Assembly: GCA_021811055.1 (NCBI GenBank) | Contig: JAJZPU010000003.1 | Coordinates: 1 to 33,399 of the forward strand | Origin: a bacterium | GTDB taxonomy: Bacteria > Patescibacteriota > Minisyncoccia > UBA6257 > GWB1-50-10 | Length of the DNA: 33,399 bases | Reading direction: 5' to 3' | Shown here: in pieces, positions 18,851 through 27,941 of the stretch | How the letters are laid out: every line of letters starts with the position of its first letter | Position numbering within the stretch: position 1 is the stretch's first letter | Notes under the pieces: model-generated | The model's database searches: none | Seen by the model: the letters and a program-made list of their open reading frames with translations, nothing else | What the model was told of the DNA's origin: nothing | Program-made: the position numbers and the translations under genes

Positions 18851-20641
18851 ATGAAAAAGGTTTTTAAAAAACTGTGGGGCTCCATCGTCGCTCATAAGAT
18901 AAGATCGGGACTCTTGATTCTCATTGTCTTTGGAGGCGGTTATTTCGTGCATGGAAAACTGTTTCCGACCGTTGAACCGACAAAATACGTGTTTGCCGCC
19001 GTGGAACGTGGCGACGTTATCGTTTCGGTGACGGGAAGCGGGCAGGTGTCGTCTTCCGACGAGATAACCATAAAACCGAAAACATCGGGCGACATCACGT
19101 GGATAGGGATAAAAAACGGACAGGAAGTGAAAACGGGAGAGACACTCTTTTCGATCGACAGTACCGATATGAGAAAAAGCATCGCCGATGCCGAAGTGTC
19201 GCTTGAAGAGGCGAGATTGAATCTCGAAAAGAGCACACAGCAGGCGCCGATCGATTATCAAAAAAAACTCCGGTCGCTTGAGAACGCGAAAGAGGATCTT
19301 TCAAAGGAATATGTGAATACGTCGAATGCGATATCGGACGCGTATCTTAAAATGCCGGCGATCATGACGAATCTCGAGAATATTCTCTATGGGACCGACA
19401 TCGGGAAAAGCACGGGACAGTGGAATGTAAGCACCTATAAGGATCTTTTCAGCCGGGAAGTGAACAGGGACACCGTTTCTTCTTTTTCCGATGTTGCGGA
19501 AAAGGAGTATAAAGACGCACGGGCGCTCTACGATGCCGCGTTCGCGAAATTCAAAACATTCACCAAGGATTCTTCGGAAGCGGACACGGAGACGTTTCTT
19601 GAAGAGACGATGGAAATGGCGGATGCCGTCGCGCGTGCCGCGAAAAGCGAAAAGAACCTCATCGATACCGTCGACGATATCGCCGAACAGGAAAAAGTGA
19701 CGTTAAATTCATATATCACGACGGCGCAAACAAATCTCAACGCGAATATCACGAGCATGAACAGTACGGTGAGCGCTCTCATTTCACAAAAAGCAGCATT
19801 GAAGAACGCGAAGGATTCCGTTCTCGATATCGAGCACGACATCGCAATACTTGAAATAAACAATCCGACCGGCGGAAATCCGATCGATCTTCAGGTGCAA
19901 AAGAACAATATCAAGAAGCAGGAATCGGATCTCGCCGATCTGAGAAAAAAACTTGTCGACTACACGGTATACGCGCCATTCTCCGGTATTATAACGACCG
20001 TCGATGTGAAAAAGGACGATTCCGTATCGACCGGCACGTCTCTTGCGACGCTTATTACGAAGCAGAAGATCGCGAAAATATCATTGAATGAGGTGGACGC
20101 GGCGAAGGTGAAATTGGGACAGAAGGCGATGCTCTCCTTCGATGCCGTCGATGGGCTTTCGGCCGCGGGAGAAGTGATAGAGATCGATACGGTGGGAACC
20201 GTTTCCCAGGGGGTCGTCACCTACAACGTGAAGATCGGATTGGATTCTTCGGATGACGGGATAAAATCCGGCATGAGCGTGAGCGCGTCCATCATCACCG
20301 ATATTCGTCAGAATGTGGTTATGGTGCCGAATGGAGCGATAAAAACGCAAAATAATTTGAATTATGTGGAAATAGCGAACGGAGTCTCGAACGCAACGAC
20401 AACATCACAAGGGGTGGTGCTCCAATCACTTCCGGAAGCGCGCGCGGTGGAGGTTGGTCTTTCGAATGATTCGATGACGGAAATAGTAAGCGGGGTCACG
20501 GAAGGAGAATATGTCGTGACAAAAACGATACTTTCCACCACGGGCACGCAAACGACGGCTCCGTCGCTCCTGCAGTCTGTCGGTGGCGCGCGTGCCACGG
20601 GAAACACAAGAAGCACGGGGGGAATACAGATCCCTCGGTAA
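18851..20641 (+). CDS. MacA/HlyD-like efflux periplasmic adaptor with long coiled coil
   Basis: TM anchor, VTGSGQV, APFSG.I, NEVD..KVKLGQ, GMSVSASI, VEVGLSND. Confidence 0.88.
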   Translation: MKKVFKKLWGSIVAHKIRSGLLILIVFGGGYFVHGKLFPTVEPTKYVFAAVERGDVIVSVTGSGQVSSSDEITIKPKTSGDITWIGIKNGQEVKTGETLFSIDSTDMRKSIADAEVSLEEARLNLEKSTQQAPIDYQKKLRSLENAKEDLSKEYVNTSNAISDAYLKMPAIMTNLENILYGTDIGKSTGQWNVSTYKDLFSREVNRDTVSSFSDVAEKEYKDARALYDAAFAKFKTFTKDSSEADTETFLEETMEMADAVARAAKSEKNLIDTVDDIAEQEKVTLNSYITTAQTNLNANITSMNSTVSALISQKAALKNAKDSVLDIEHDIAILEINNPTGGNPIDLQVQKNNIKKQESDLADLRKKLVDYTVYAPFSGIITTVDVKKDDSVSTGTSLATLITKQKIAKISLNEVDAAKVKLGQKAMLSFDAVDGLSAAGEVIEIDTVGTVSQGVVTYNVKIGLDSSDDGIKSGMSVSASIITDIRQNVVMVPNGAIKTQNNLNYVEIANGVSNATTTSQGVVLQSLPEARAVEVGLSNDSMTEIVSGVTEGEYVVTKTILSTTGTQTTAPSLLQSVGGARATGNTRSTGGIQIPR

Positions 20642-20647
20642 GGGTAC

Positions 20648-21364
20648 ATGATAGAAATAAAAAATGTATCGAAAATTTATAAAACAGGCGAGGTTGCATT
20701 CGAGGCACTCCGCGGTGTAAGTTTTTCCATCAAGGATGGAGAGTTTGTCGCGATCATGGGTCCTTCGGGATCCGGAAAATCGACACTCATGCACATCTTG
20801 GGAGCGCTCGACACGCCGACAAAGGGTACCTATTTTCTCGACGGAAAGGATGTCTCAAAATTCAGCGATGATGCGCTCGCGGATATCCGGAGAGATAAAA
20901 TAGGATTCGTGTTCCAGGCATTCAATCTTTTGCCACGCACCACCGTCTTGAGGAATGTGATGTTGCCGCTCGTGTACGCGGAAATAGACAAAGAAACAAG
21001 AAAAAAGAGAGCTGAAGCAGCGCTTCGTGCCGCGGGACTTGATGAGGAACATTTCGTTCATCTTTCGAATCAGCTTTCGGGAGGGCAAATCCAACGTGTT
21101 GCGATCGCGCGGGCGCTTGTGAACGATCCGACGCTCATTCTTGCCGACGAACCGACGGGAAATCTCGATACGAAAACAGGAGAGATCGTGCTCGGCACAT
21201 TTCAGAGATTGAATGTGGAACACGGAAGGACCATTGTCCTCATTACGCACGAACACGACGTCGCGGAACACGCCGAACGCATCATTTCGATACGCGACGG
21301 AGAAATAGTCGAAGACAGCAGGAGTCACAAACGACGGATAATGCACCACCATGAAATTCGCTGA
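20648..21364 (+). CDS. ABC transporter ATP-binding protein (MacB/LolD-like)
   Basis: [24 protein letters not shown]. Confidence 0.95.
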   Translation: MIEIKNVSKIYKTGEVAFEALRGVSFSIKDGEFVAIMGPSGSGKSTLMHILGALDTPTKGTYFLDGKDVSKFSDDALADIRRDKIGFVFQAFNLLPRTTVLRNVMLPLVYAEIDKETRKKRAEAALRAAGLDEEHFVHLSNQLSGGQIQRVAIARALVNDPTLILADEPTGNLDTKTGEIVLGTFQRLNVEHGRTIVLITHEHDVAEHAERIISIRDGEIVEDSRSHKRRIMHHHEIR

Positions 21365-22577
21365 TCTATCGGAAGAAACATATTTTGCTTTGTCGGCGAA
21401 CAAAGTCCGCTCAGGACTCACTATGCTTGGTATTGTTATCGGCATCGGTTCCGTTATCGCCATGGTGTCGATCGGGCAGGGAGCACAAGGGTCCATCACC
21501 GCGAACATCGAATCGTTGGGATCCAATCTTCTCATTGTGCGGCCGGGTGCGCAGCGTGGTGTCGGCATGCAGGTGAGTTCGGGAAGGGGATCCGCGCAAA
21601 CACTCACGCAGGATGATGCGACTGCGATAAAGGGAACCGTATCGGGCGTAGCCGCCATTGCTCCCGAGGTATCGGGACGATATCAGATAGTGGGAAAGGG
21701 AACGAATACGAATACATCGGTGACCGGCACGACGCCGGACTACACCTCCGTGAGAAACATGGAAGTGGAAGAGGGTTCCTTTATCACCGAGCAGAACATA
21801 AAAAGCCTCTCGAAAGTTGTGGTATTGGGGCCGACGGTGAGGGACGATCTTTTCGGTGAGAACGCGACAAATGTCGTGGGACAGACATTACGCATTAAGG
21901 GAATGGAATTCAAGGTTGTGGGGATCACAAAATCGAAGGGAGGATCGGGATTCGGAAGTCAGGACGATATGGTCTTCGTGCCTCTCACGAGCGCCCAGAA
22001 ATTCCTTGTCGGCAATGAATATCTTTCGACGATAAACATTCAGGCGGAGAGTTCGGAAATAATGACGCAGATACAGGCGGACGTGACGAGTCTGCTTCTC
22101 GAACGGCACCGCATATCGAATCCGGACCTCGCCGATTTCAACGTTATGAACCAGTCGGACATCATCGCGAGTGCGTCGAGCATCACTGATACGCTCACCA
22201 TGCTGCTCGCGGCAATCGCGGGGATATCACTCCTTGTGGGTGGCATCGGCATCATGAACATGATGCTCACGACCGTGACGGAACGGACGCGGGAGATAGG
22301 ACTCCGCAAAGCGATCGGAGCGAAAAGAAAAGATATCAATCTCCAGTTCCTTTCCGAAGCGATCATGCTCACATTCGGCGGCGGGATCATCGGCGTTCTT
22401 CTCGGCTGGCTCATTTCCTTCGGATTTTCGTATTTCAATATCATACAGACACAGATGTCCGGGACTTCCGTAGTTCTCGCGTTCGGCGTTTCGGCACTCA
22501 TCGGCATCGTATTCGGATATTATCCGGCAAGCCGCGCCGCGAATCTTAACCCGATCGAGGCGTTGCGCTATGAATAA
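21351..22577 (+). CDS. MacB/FtsX-family ABC permease
   Basis: NKVRSGLTMLGIVIG, GGIGIMNMMLTTVTERTREIGLRKAIGA, NPIEALRYE. Confidence 0.93.
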   Translation: MKFADLSEETYFALSANKVRSGLTMLGIVIGIGSVIAMVSIGQGAQGSITANIESLGSNLLIVRPGAQRGVGMQVSSGRGSAQTLTQDDATAIKGTVSGVAAIAPEVSGRYQIVGKGTNTNTSVTGTTPDYTSVRNMEVEEGSFITEQNIKSLSKVVVLGPTVRDDLFGENATNVVGQTLRIKGMEFKVVGITKSKGGSGFGSQDDMVFVPLTSAQKFLVGNEYLSTINIQAESSEIMTQIQADVTSLLLERHRISNPDLADFNVMNQSDIIASASSITDTLTMLLAAIAGISLLVGGIGIMNMMLTTVTERTREIGLRKAIGAKRKDINLQFLSEAIMLTFGGGIIGVLLGWLISFGFSYFNIIQTQMSGTSVVLAFGVSALIGIVFGYYPASRAANLNPIEALRYE

Positions 22578-22632
22578 AAAAAGAAACAGGAAATAAAGAA
22601 CAAAAGGTCAAAAAATAAAATATGAAAAGTAA

Positions 22633-23070
22633 ATGAAAAATAAAAAAATACAGCTCGTAGTGATCATCGTTATTTCATTTGTTGTGGGATTCGCTGGCGG
22701 CATGCTCGTAAATGGTGGGAGTAAAAATACGCAACAGTCCGCATACCAGATGAACGGAGCTGGATTCGGGCGGGGAATGGCGGGAACCGACACACAAGCA
22801 CGCGGGTTTCAGAGAGGCGGAGGGATGATAAGCGGAGAGGTGACCGCGAAGGATGCGACAAGCATTACGGTGAAGATCCCGAGCGGAGGATCGAAGATTG
22901 TGTTTTTCTCCGCTTCGACAACCATCACGAAGTCGACCGAAGGACTCTCCGATGATATAGTAATAGGAGCGCCGGTAACGATCGCGGGAACGCAAAATTC
23001 CGACGGAAGTGTTTCGGCGCAATTGATCCAGTTGCGTTCGGGAGTTCGCATGATACAACCGGGACAATAG
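22633..23070 (+). CDS. Membrane-anchored hypothetical protein, possible DUF5666/OB-fold-like domain
   Basis: N-terminal TM (..GFAGGM), Gly-rich linker, GEV...D.TSITVK...GGSKIV, G..NSDGSVSAQ.IQLR; co-oriented with the ABC operon. Confidence 0.7.
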   Translation: MKNKKIQLVVIIVISFVVGFAGGMLVNGGSKNTQQSAYQMNGAGFGRGMAGTDTQARGFQRGGGMISGEVTAKDATSITVKIPSGGSKIVFFSASTTITKSTEGLSDDIVIGAPVTIAGTQNSDGSVSAQLIQLRSGVRMIQPGQ

Positions 23071-23091
23071 TGTAGAAAAATGGGTATATAT

Positions 23092-23120
23092 AAAAAATCC
23101 GCTGTGAGGGCGGATTTTTT
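23092..23120. terminator. Bidirectional intrinsic terminator
   Basis: AAAAAATCCGC-TGTGAGG-GCGGATTTTTT between convergent genes. Confidence 0.85.
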
Positions 23121-23128
23121 GTCTTTGT

Positions 23129-23587
23129 TTATTTCGTGTCGCCGCTTCCGATATAGGGAAAGGGAAGCAATTCATTAAGTGATGTTTTTACTATCTCGTC
23201 TTTCTTTGTATTCGAGCAGAGTATCTGAATATCGCTCCCTCCGATCTTTACGAATTCTTCTATGAATTGGCGGCAAGTACCGCACGGCATTATCGGTTTT
23301 TCAATATCACCGTCTCCGTCGATTCCTATGATAGCCATGGAGTGGATATTCCTTTCTCCTTGAGAACTTGCAATGGAAAGTGTGACGCGTTCCGCGCATA
23401 TATTTGCGGAAGATGAGGAAATACACATGTTCGATCCGCTTATGATTTTTCCCGCTACGGTGCGCACTGCGGCACCGACGCGTGTCTTGCTGTTGTAGGG
23501 ATTATAGGCATACTGAAGGGCCTTTTCCGCCTCTCCGAGCAATGCCTTTTCCTCCTCATTCAGTCCGTTGAAATTTGTTGTGAGCAT
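23129..23587 (-). CDS. cdd: Cytidine deaminase (tetrameric, 3-Cys type)
   Basis: AYNPY...VGAA, ICAER, PCGTCRQFI.EF, ELLP; start set at ATG 23587. Confidence 0.88.
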   Translation of the reverse strand: MLTTNFNGLNEEEKALLGEAEKALQYAYNPYNSKTRVGAAVRTVAGKIISGSNMCISSSSANICAERVTLSIASSQGERNIHSMAIIGIDGDGDIEKPIMPCGTCRQFIEEFVKIGGSDIQILCSNTKKDEIVKTSLNELLPFPYIGSGDTK

Positions 23588-23593
23588 ACAAAT

Positions 23594-23602
23594 ATTATAC
23601 CA
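23594..23602 (-). promoter_or_regulatory. Extended -10 promoter (TG-G-TATAAT), probably leaderless cdd transcript
   Basis: Minus strand reads TGG-TATAAT-ATTTGT-ATG. Confidence 0.65.
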
Positions 23603-24434
23603 CCGCTTTTTCGATATAGTTCCGATATATCTCCATAAGGCGTTTTGTTTCTTCTCCCACCCGCCCATTCCCGATCGTTACGTCGTCAATCATGACGACG
23701 GGGACGATATCGCGAGTTGTCGAAGTGATGAAGGCTTCCGAGAGTTCTTGAAGCTCCGAAACGGCAATGGGACGCTCGACGACTCTGTAGCCACGTTTTT
23801 TCGCAAGCCGTATGACAAGATTTCTCCGTGTGCCGATTAAAACATCCTCTTTCGGGGTAATGAGTGTCTTGTTTTTAATGCCGAAAAAATTAAACGTGGT
23901 GCCTTCGAATATGTATCCCTTGAATTTATAGAGGATCTCGAACATGCCTTTTTTCTTTTTTTCGGGGAAAAGCGTGAGCATGCGGAGATAGTTCGTTGAT
24001 TTCGCTTCCGGAAATTCACGCATGTATTCCGCGGTCATGAGCGCGACGCCGTTCTCATATACCGTCTTCGGATAGCTTGGGAGTTCTTTCGCGGTGATGA
24101 AGAAGGTCGGAGTGCGAAGATCATAGTCGACGCCATTCAGACTCGCGCCGCCCGTAAGGACGATGCGAATGCCGGCGTCTTGTATCTTGTTTTTCCGGGC
24201 AAGTGTTTCGATGATCTTCCGTATCTCCTTTCTTTTTATTGGAATTCTCATCTTCAAAATACGCGCCGTGCGCTCGAAACGCTTCATGTGCTCGTCGAAA
24301 AGAAAGGGGACACCGTTATAGGTGCGGAGATAATCGAACGCGCCGAATCCCCGTATGACCCCGAGATCATTCACCCCGACCGCCGCCTTCTCCGTCGGGA
24401 CGATTTTTCCGTTGATATAGCAATAATTTTTCAT
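23595..24434 (-). CDS. Class IV PLP aminotransferase (D-amino acid/branched-chain type)
   Basis: YING, D.G..RGFG.FD.LR.Y.G, EH..RF, AKSTNY (PLP lysine), EGT..NFF, L.G.RR, EAFITST. Confidence 0.9.
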   Translation of the reverse strand: MKNYCYINGKIVPTEKAAVGVNDLGVIRGFGAFDYLRTYNGVPFLFDEHMKRFERTARILKMRIPIKRKEIRKIIETLARKNKIQDAGIRIVLTGGASLNGVDYDLRTPTFFITAKELPSYPKTVYENGVALMTAEYMREFPEAKSTNYLRMLTLFPEKKKKGMFEILYKFKGYIFEGTTFNFFGIKNKTLITPKEDVLIGTRRNLVIRLAKKRGYRVVERPIAVSELQELSEAFITSTTRDIVPVVMIDDVTIGNGRVGEETKRLMEIYRNYIEKAVV

Positions 24435-24866
24435 TTATATATTATTTTCCCGTATCGATCCGAATATCTTTTCAATCTTTCGTTTTGTAAGATCACTCAT
24501 CGGATTCAATGTCGCCGCGGTGCGCTCGTCGAGCCACAGGGAAGAATCGTGCTCGTCAGGGTTCAGTTTTATTTCTCCGCCCTTCTCGGGAACGCAAAGA
24601 TAGGTTACTTCGACGGCCTTCATATTCGGTCTGTCCTCCCGAGTGAACTCCTCGACGTCTATCGGTCGCACAATAGTGACCAAGAGTCCCGTTTCTTCCA
24701 GCACCTCTCTTTTCACGGCATCCTCGATTGACGCGTCGCTTTCTTCGTATTTGCCGCCTACGATCGTCCAATAGCCCGACAGGAACTTTTCTCCGGACGA
24801 CCGCCGCAAGACGAGGAGCTTATTTTGATCGACAATGGCGGCACTCGCCATTATTTTTATCTCCAT
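24435..24866 (-). CDS. NUDIX hydrolase
   Basis: Nudix box GGKYEESDASIEDAVKREVLEETGL; L..DEH...W. Confidence 0.9.
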   Translation of the reverse strand: MEIKIMASAAIVDQNKLLVLRRSSGEKFLSGYWTIVGGKYEESDASIEDAVKREVLEETGLLVTIVRPIDVEEFTREDRPNMKAVEVTYLCVPEKGGEIKLNPDEHDSSLWLDERTAATLNPMSDLTKRKIEKIFGSIRENNI

Positions 24867-24943
24867 TTTTATAATTGAATTTTACCTTTTTTCCCCGTGT
24901 ATTTACAAATGGATTTTGAAAATCACTCCCACACCCAAAACAG

Positions 24944-24968
24944 AACACCGCGCATACGCGGTGTTTTT
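24944..24968. terminator. Terminator-like hairpin
   Basis: AACACCGCG-CATA-CGCGGTGTT with T-rich tails on both strands. Confidence 0.6.
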
Positions 24969-25314
24969 CGGCGCTGACGATGTCCCGAAGTTAGAACCAA
25001 GACGGTTTAATTTCCGGAACCTTGATAAAATCGTACGAGATTTAAGGCGAATTTACAAAGAAAATCCAGCCTTGTTCGATGTTCCTACTTTTGCCCAAAA
25101 ACAATATTAGCCACTCGCTCGACTTCCTTATCAGAGAGCTTTGAGCCCTCAAGACGAGTAGACGCGACAGCGGAGGCAATGAGAGTGGCGCGGCGGAGTT
25201 CGGCTGGGCGTTCTGCTGAAATAGCTCGATTCTTTTTCATTTGGTTTAGCTTTGTCATAGATGCTTAATTATTTTACCGCTTTGTAATGAAGAGTTACCA
25301 CCCTAACCCTTTTT

Positions 25315-25797
25315 CTAGTCGCACTCCTTAGAGTATCCAACTACCCTCCTAATCAAGCCAGTTGCACGCCAAAATACCCAAAGAGTCAGAATCACTGCAG
25401 TAAGCGTTGCCCATTCATCAAAATACGATAAACAGGTGGAAAAACTTTCTGAGAGAACGGTACCAAAGGATAGAGAAAAAGCTAGGATAGTTGAGATAAA
25501 CGACATAAAGACGATTTTTGTAAAATCAGTTCTAAATTGCCAGTCATTCAATAGATGTCTATTCCCGGATTCTTTTACAAGATCAGAGAAAACAATTGTA
25601 GCCGCAAATGCCGCTATGCCGATTACCGACTGAATAACTAAATTAGAGAAAAACTTTGCATCACTAAGAACGTCTAGTATTGCTTTTAAATTTAAAACTA
25701 CACCAAGAAAAATCACAATGAGGGCGATGAGAGCACTTATTAAAAGTTCTTTTCTTAAGGTTCTATAAAGAATTTCTTTGTTGTTACGTTCAGCCAT
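25315..25797 (-). CDS. Hypothetical membrane protein (about 4 TM segments), AT-rich
   Basis: 160-aa ORF with four hydrophobic stretches, downstream of tRNA-Ser; no family recognised. Confidence 0.65.
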   Translation of the reverse strand: MAERNNKEILYRTLRKELLISALIALIVIFLGVVLNLKAILDVLSDAKFFSNLVIQSVIGIAAFAATIVFSDLVKESGNRHLLNDWQFRTDFTKIVFMSFISTILAFSLSFGTVLSESFSTCLSYFDEWATLTAVILTLWVFWRATGLIRRVVGYSKECD

Positions 25798-25894
25798 AGT
25801 TCAAATCCCTTCGGGGTTCACTCATTTTATCACTTTTCAGTTTTGAAATGTAGCGCAAAATAAGGGAATTTTAACTAGCACTTTCCAAAACTTC

Positions 25895-25982
<88 letters not shown>

Positions 25983-26119
25983 AATACCCGTCTCACAAGG
26001 GCGGGCGATCATTTTGCCTTACACAAAATGACGTATGACACGTATGTAATATAAGCGAGAAATAATAACAATTCAATCTTGTAAAAACACATTTTTTAAA
26101 ATCCACCACCATACATTGT

Positions 26120-26144
26120 CATCCACCCATTGGCGCGAATGGGT
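26120..26144. repeat. 25-bp palindromic repeat, copy 1
   Basis: CATCCACCCATTGGCGCGAATGGGT, identical to 26545-26569. Confidence 0.9.
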
Positions 26145-26210
26145 TGGTGGGTGTGATAGAATGGAAGAAAGGGCGAAAGAGGGGGTGGGGGAATAAAAAA
26201 TAAAAATAGT

Positions 26211-26483
26211 ATGAAAAATATAAAAAGAATTACTCAGATATTTAAAATATTTTCGAATATAAACAGGGTAAAAATTGTACATCTCCTTTCAAAGAAAAGA
26301 ATGATGAATGTAACGGATCTTGCAGAAGCGCTTGAGATTTCATTCACATCGACATCAAAGCATCTCATCATCCTTGAGCGATTTGATGTGGTGAGCTCGA
26401 CAGGGAAGTTGGGGCACGTGTTCTACTCGCTGAACGAAGATATTCCCAACGATGTTCGGGAAGTGATGAATCTTTTTACATAA
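26211..26483 (+). CDS. ArsR/SmtB-family winged-HTH regulator
   Basis: FK.FSN.NRVKI..LL, NVTDLAEALEIS..STSKHL..L, VFYSL; extended -10 TG-A-TAGAAT at 26154-26162. Confidence 0.88.
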   Translation: MKNIKRITQIFKIFSNINRVKIVHLLSKKRMMNVTDLAEALEISFTSTSKHLIILERFDVVSSTGKLGHVFYSLNEDIPNDVREVMNLFT

Positions 26484-26544
26484 GTTCTCATTACTCCCCA
26501 CTCTCCACTTTTTTCTACTTTTCATTGTTCACTGTTCACTCATC

Positions 26545-26569
26545 CATCCACCCATTGGCGCGAATGGGT
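26545..26569. repeat. 25-bp palindromic repeat, copy 2
   Basis: Identical to 26120-26144; here the perfect stem extends to 14 bp (26543-26556 with 26563-26576). Confidence 0.9.
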
Positions 26570-26755
26570 GGATGGAGAGAAGTTTGAGAAATACGAAGAG
26601 TGTGGTGAGTCTGAGAGGCTGGGCGGGGTTATGTTTGTGGGGGGGCACAACGAGAGGCGAGGCGAATCCCTTACCTTCGAGTTTGGGTCAAATTCCCGCA
26701 TACAGTGTATTTGGAACGTGATATAATTAGTTTGTTAGAATATCTCGTGAGAAGT

Positions 26756-27343
26756 ATGGAAATTCCACACGAAACAAAAATTGTTCTGCATGTTTTCATT
26801 GATGCCTCGAATTTATGGCAAGCACAGAAAGCAAAGGGAAAAATGTTGGATTATAAAAAGTTAAAAGAATTTTTAAAATTGAAATTTTCCGCAACAGAAA
26901 TAAAGGTGTTTTATTACACCGCATATCCAAAAGAAGGTACTCGTGAATACAGTCTCGATGGAAAACATAAATTTTTTGTATATTTAAAAAAAGGACTTGG
27001 ATTTGAAGTGCGGAAAAAAGAGTTAAAAAGAATTCCGATTCACAGAGATGGATGCGATGATTCAATCCAAGAAAAAGGGAATATGGATGTCGAATTAACT
27101 ATAGACGCCGTGCATTTTGCAGAAAACTATTGCAGTGCGGTATTTTTCACAGGCGATTCTGATTTTCTCGCTCTTGTTTCTTATCTAAGAAATATCCATA
27201 AAAAGAAAGTTTATGTGTTTTCTTCGAAAAACAATATATCACAGGAATTACGCACCGGCGCAGATCAATATTTTGACATACTCGAGTTGAAAGATGATGT
27301 CTGGGGAAGAGATCTTAAATATCGTTCTGAGAAAAGTTTTTAA
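26756..27343 (+). CDS. NYN/LabA-DUF88 (PIN-like) ribonuclease domain protein
   Basis: VFIDASNL, EKGNMDVELTID, FTGDSDF, S.ELR..AD.YFD; start set at ATG 26756 downstream of TG-A-TATAAT (26719-26727). Confidence 0.9.
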   Translation: MEIPHETKIVLHVFIDASNLWQAQKAKGKMLDYKKLKEFLKLKFSATEIKVFYYTAYPKEGTREYSLDGKHKFFVYLKKGLGFEVRKKELKRIPIHRDGCDDSIQEKGNMDVELTIDAVHFAENYCSAVFFTGDSDFLALVSYLRNIHKKKVYVFSSKNNISQELRTGADQYFDILELKDDVWGRDLKYRSEKSF

Positions 27344-27372
27344 AAAAGCAGCCCTCCGTAAGGAGGGCTGCT
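27342..27372 (-). terminator. Intrinsic terminator oriented for a minus-strand transcript
   Basis: Perfect 11-bp stem AGCAGCCCTCC-GTAA-GGAGGGCTGCT; a T6 tail exists only on the minus strand. Confidence 0.75.
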
Positions 27373-27416
27373 CTTGGATGTAATACCCTTAAGGTCACAA
27401 ACAGAAACCCTAAGAC
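27342..27416 (-). ncRNA. Candidate ~75-nt small RNA convergent with the NYN gene
   Basis: Bounded by a minus-strand promoter (27423-27452) and a minus-strand terminator; no ORF; 5' end approximate. Confidence 0.5.
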
Positions 27417-27422
27417 ATTTGT

Positions 27423-27452
27423 ATCTTACCACATTTTAAATATAAAAGTCAA
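27423..27452 (-). promoter_or_regulatory. Sigma70-type promoter pointing back at the NYN gene
   Basis: Minus strand TTGACT, 18 nt ending in TGG, then TAAGAT (extended -10). Confidence 0.6.
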
Positions 27453-27459
27453 AGTCATC

Positions 27460-27852
27460 CACATCAGCAGATGGAATCGCGAGCTGGCGGCTAGACCGAG
27501 GTGAGCGACGGCGAACCGAGAGTCGGAGGCGAATCCCAATCTCTTTATATCGTAGCGGGTGAGGAGGAATCCCTTACAAATCGCGGAGAGGAGCGAGCAA
27601 ATGTCTTTGCTCGTGTGAGGATTCGAACGCCGGAGCCAGTGCGCATCAGCAGATGTGCACGCGAGGCCGAAGTGTAAAATGAGAATACAACTGCTTGTAT
27701 TCGAATAACGGAGATGGGCAAGCGTTATGCAAATCTTTGCATTGCGAAGTCTAGAGTAGGGGTGGTCAGCCCGAGGAAGTGCGACGGCGAACCGAGAGTC
27801 GGAGCCGAATCCATGACTGAGAATCATTCCGAGTCGAGGGCAAATCCCGCAT
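27460..27852. repeat. GC-rich structured repeat module
   Basis: GCGACGGCGAACCGAGAGTCGGAG(G/C)CGAATCC at 27505-27536 and 27781-27812; CATCAGCAGATG twice; several hairpins. Confidence 0.85.
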
Positions 27853-27941
27853 TTTTATTGGAATATAGACTAATTATCTACAAGGAGGGATAATTAGACG
27901 AAACGTCAGATATCTATATTGTGAACGCAATAAAATAAGCT

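Noticed and set aside
24835-25110. 91-aa plus-strand ORF as an intact gene
   Set aside because: Starts antisense within the NUDIX gene and crosses a terminator hairpin; at most a gene remnant
27426-27827. 133-aa minus-strand ORF
   Set aside because: Runs across the repeat element, shows the duplicated peptide SDSRFAVA, and has no recognisable family
27460-27852. CRISPR array
   Set aside because: Only two long repeat copies 276 bp apart, no regular spacers, no cas genes
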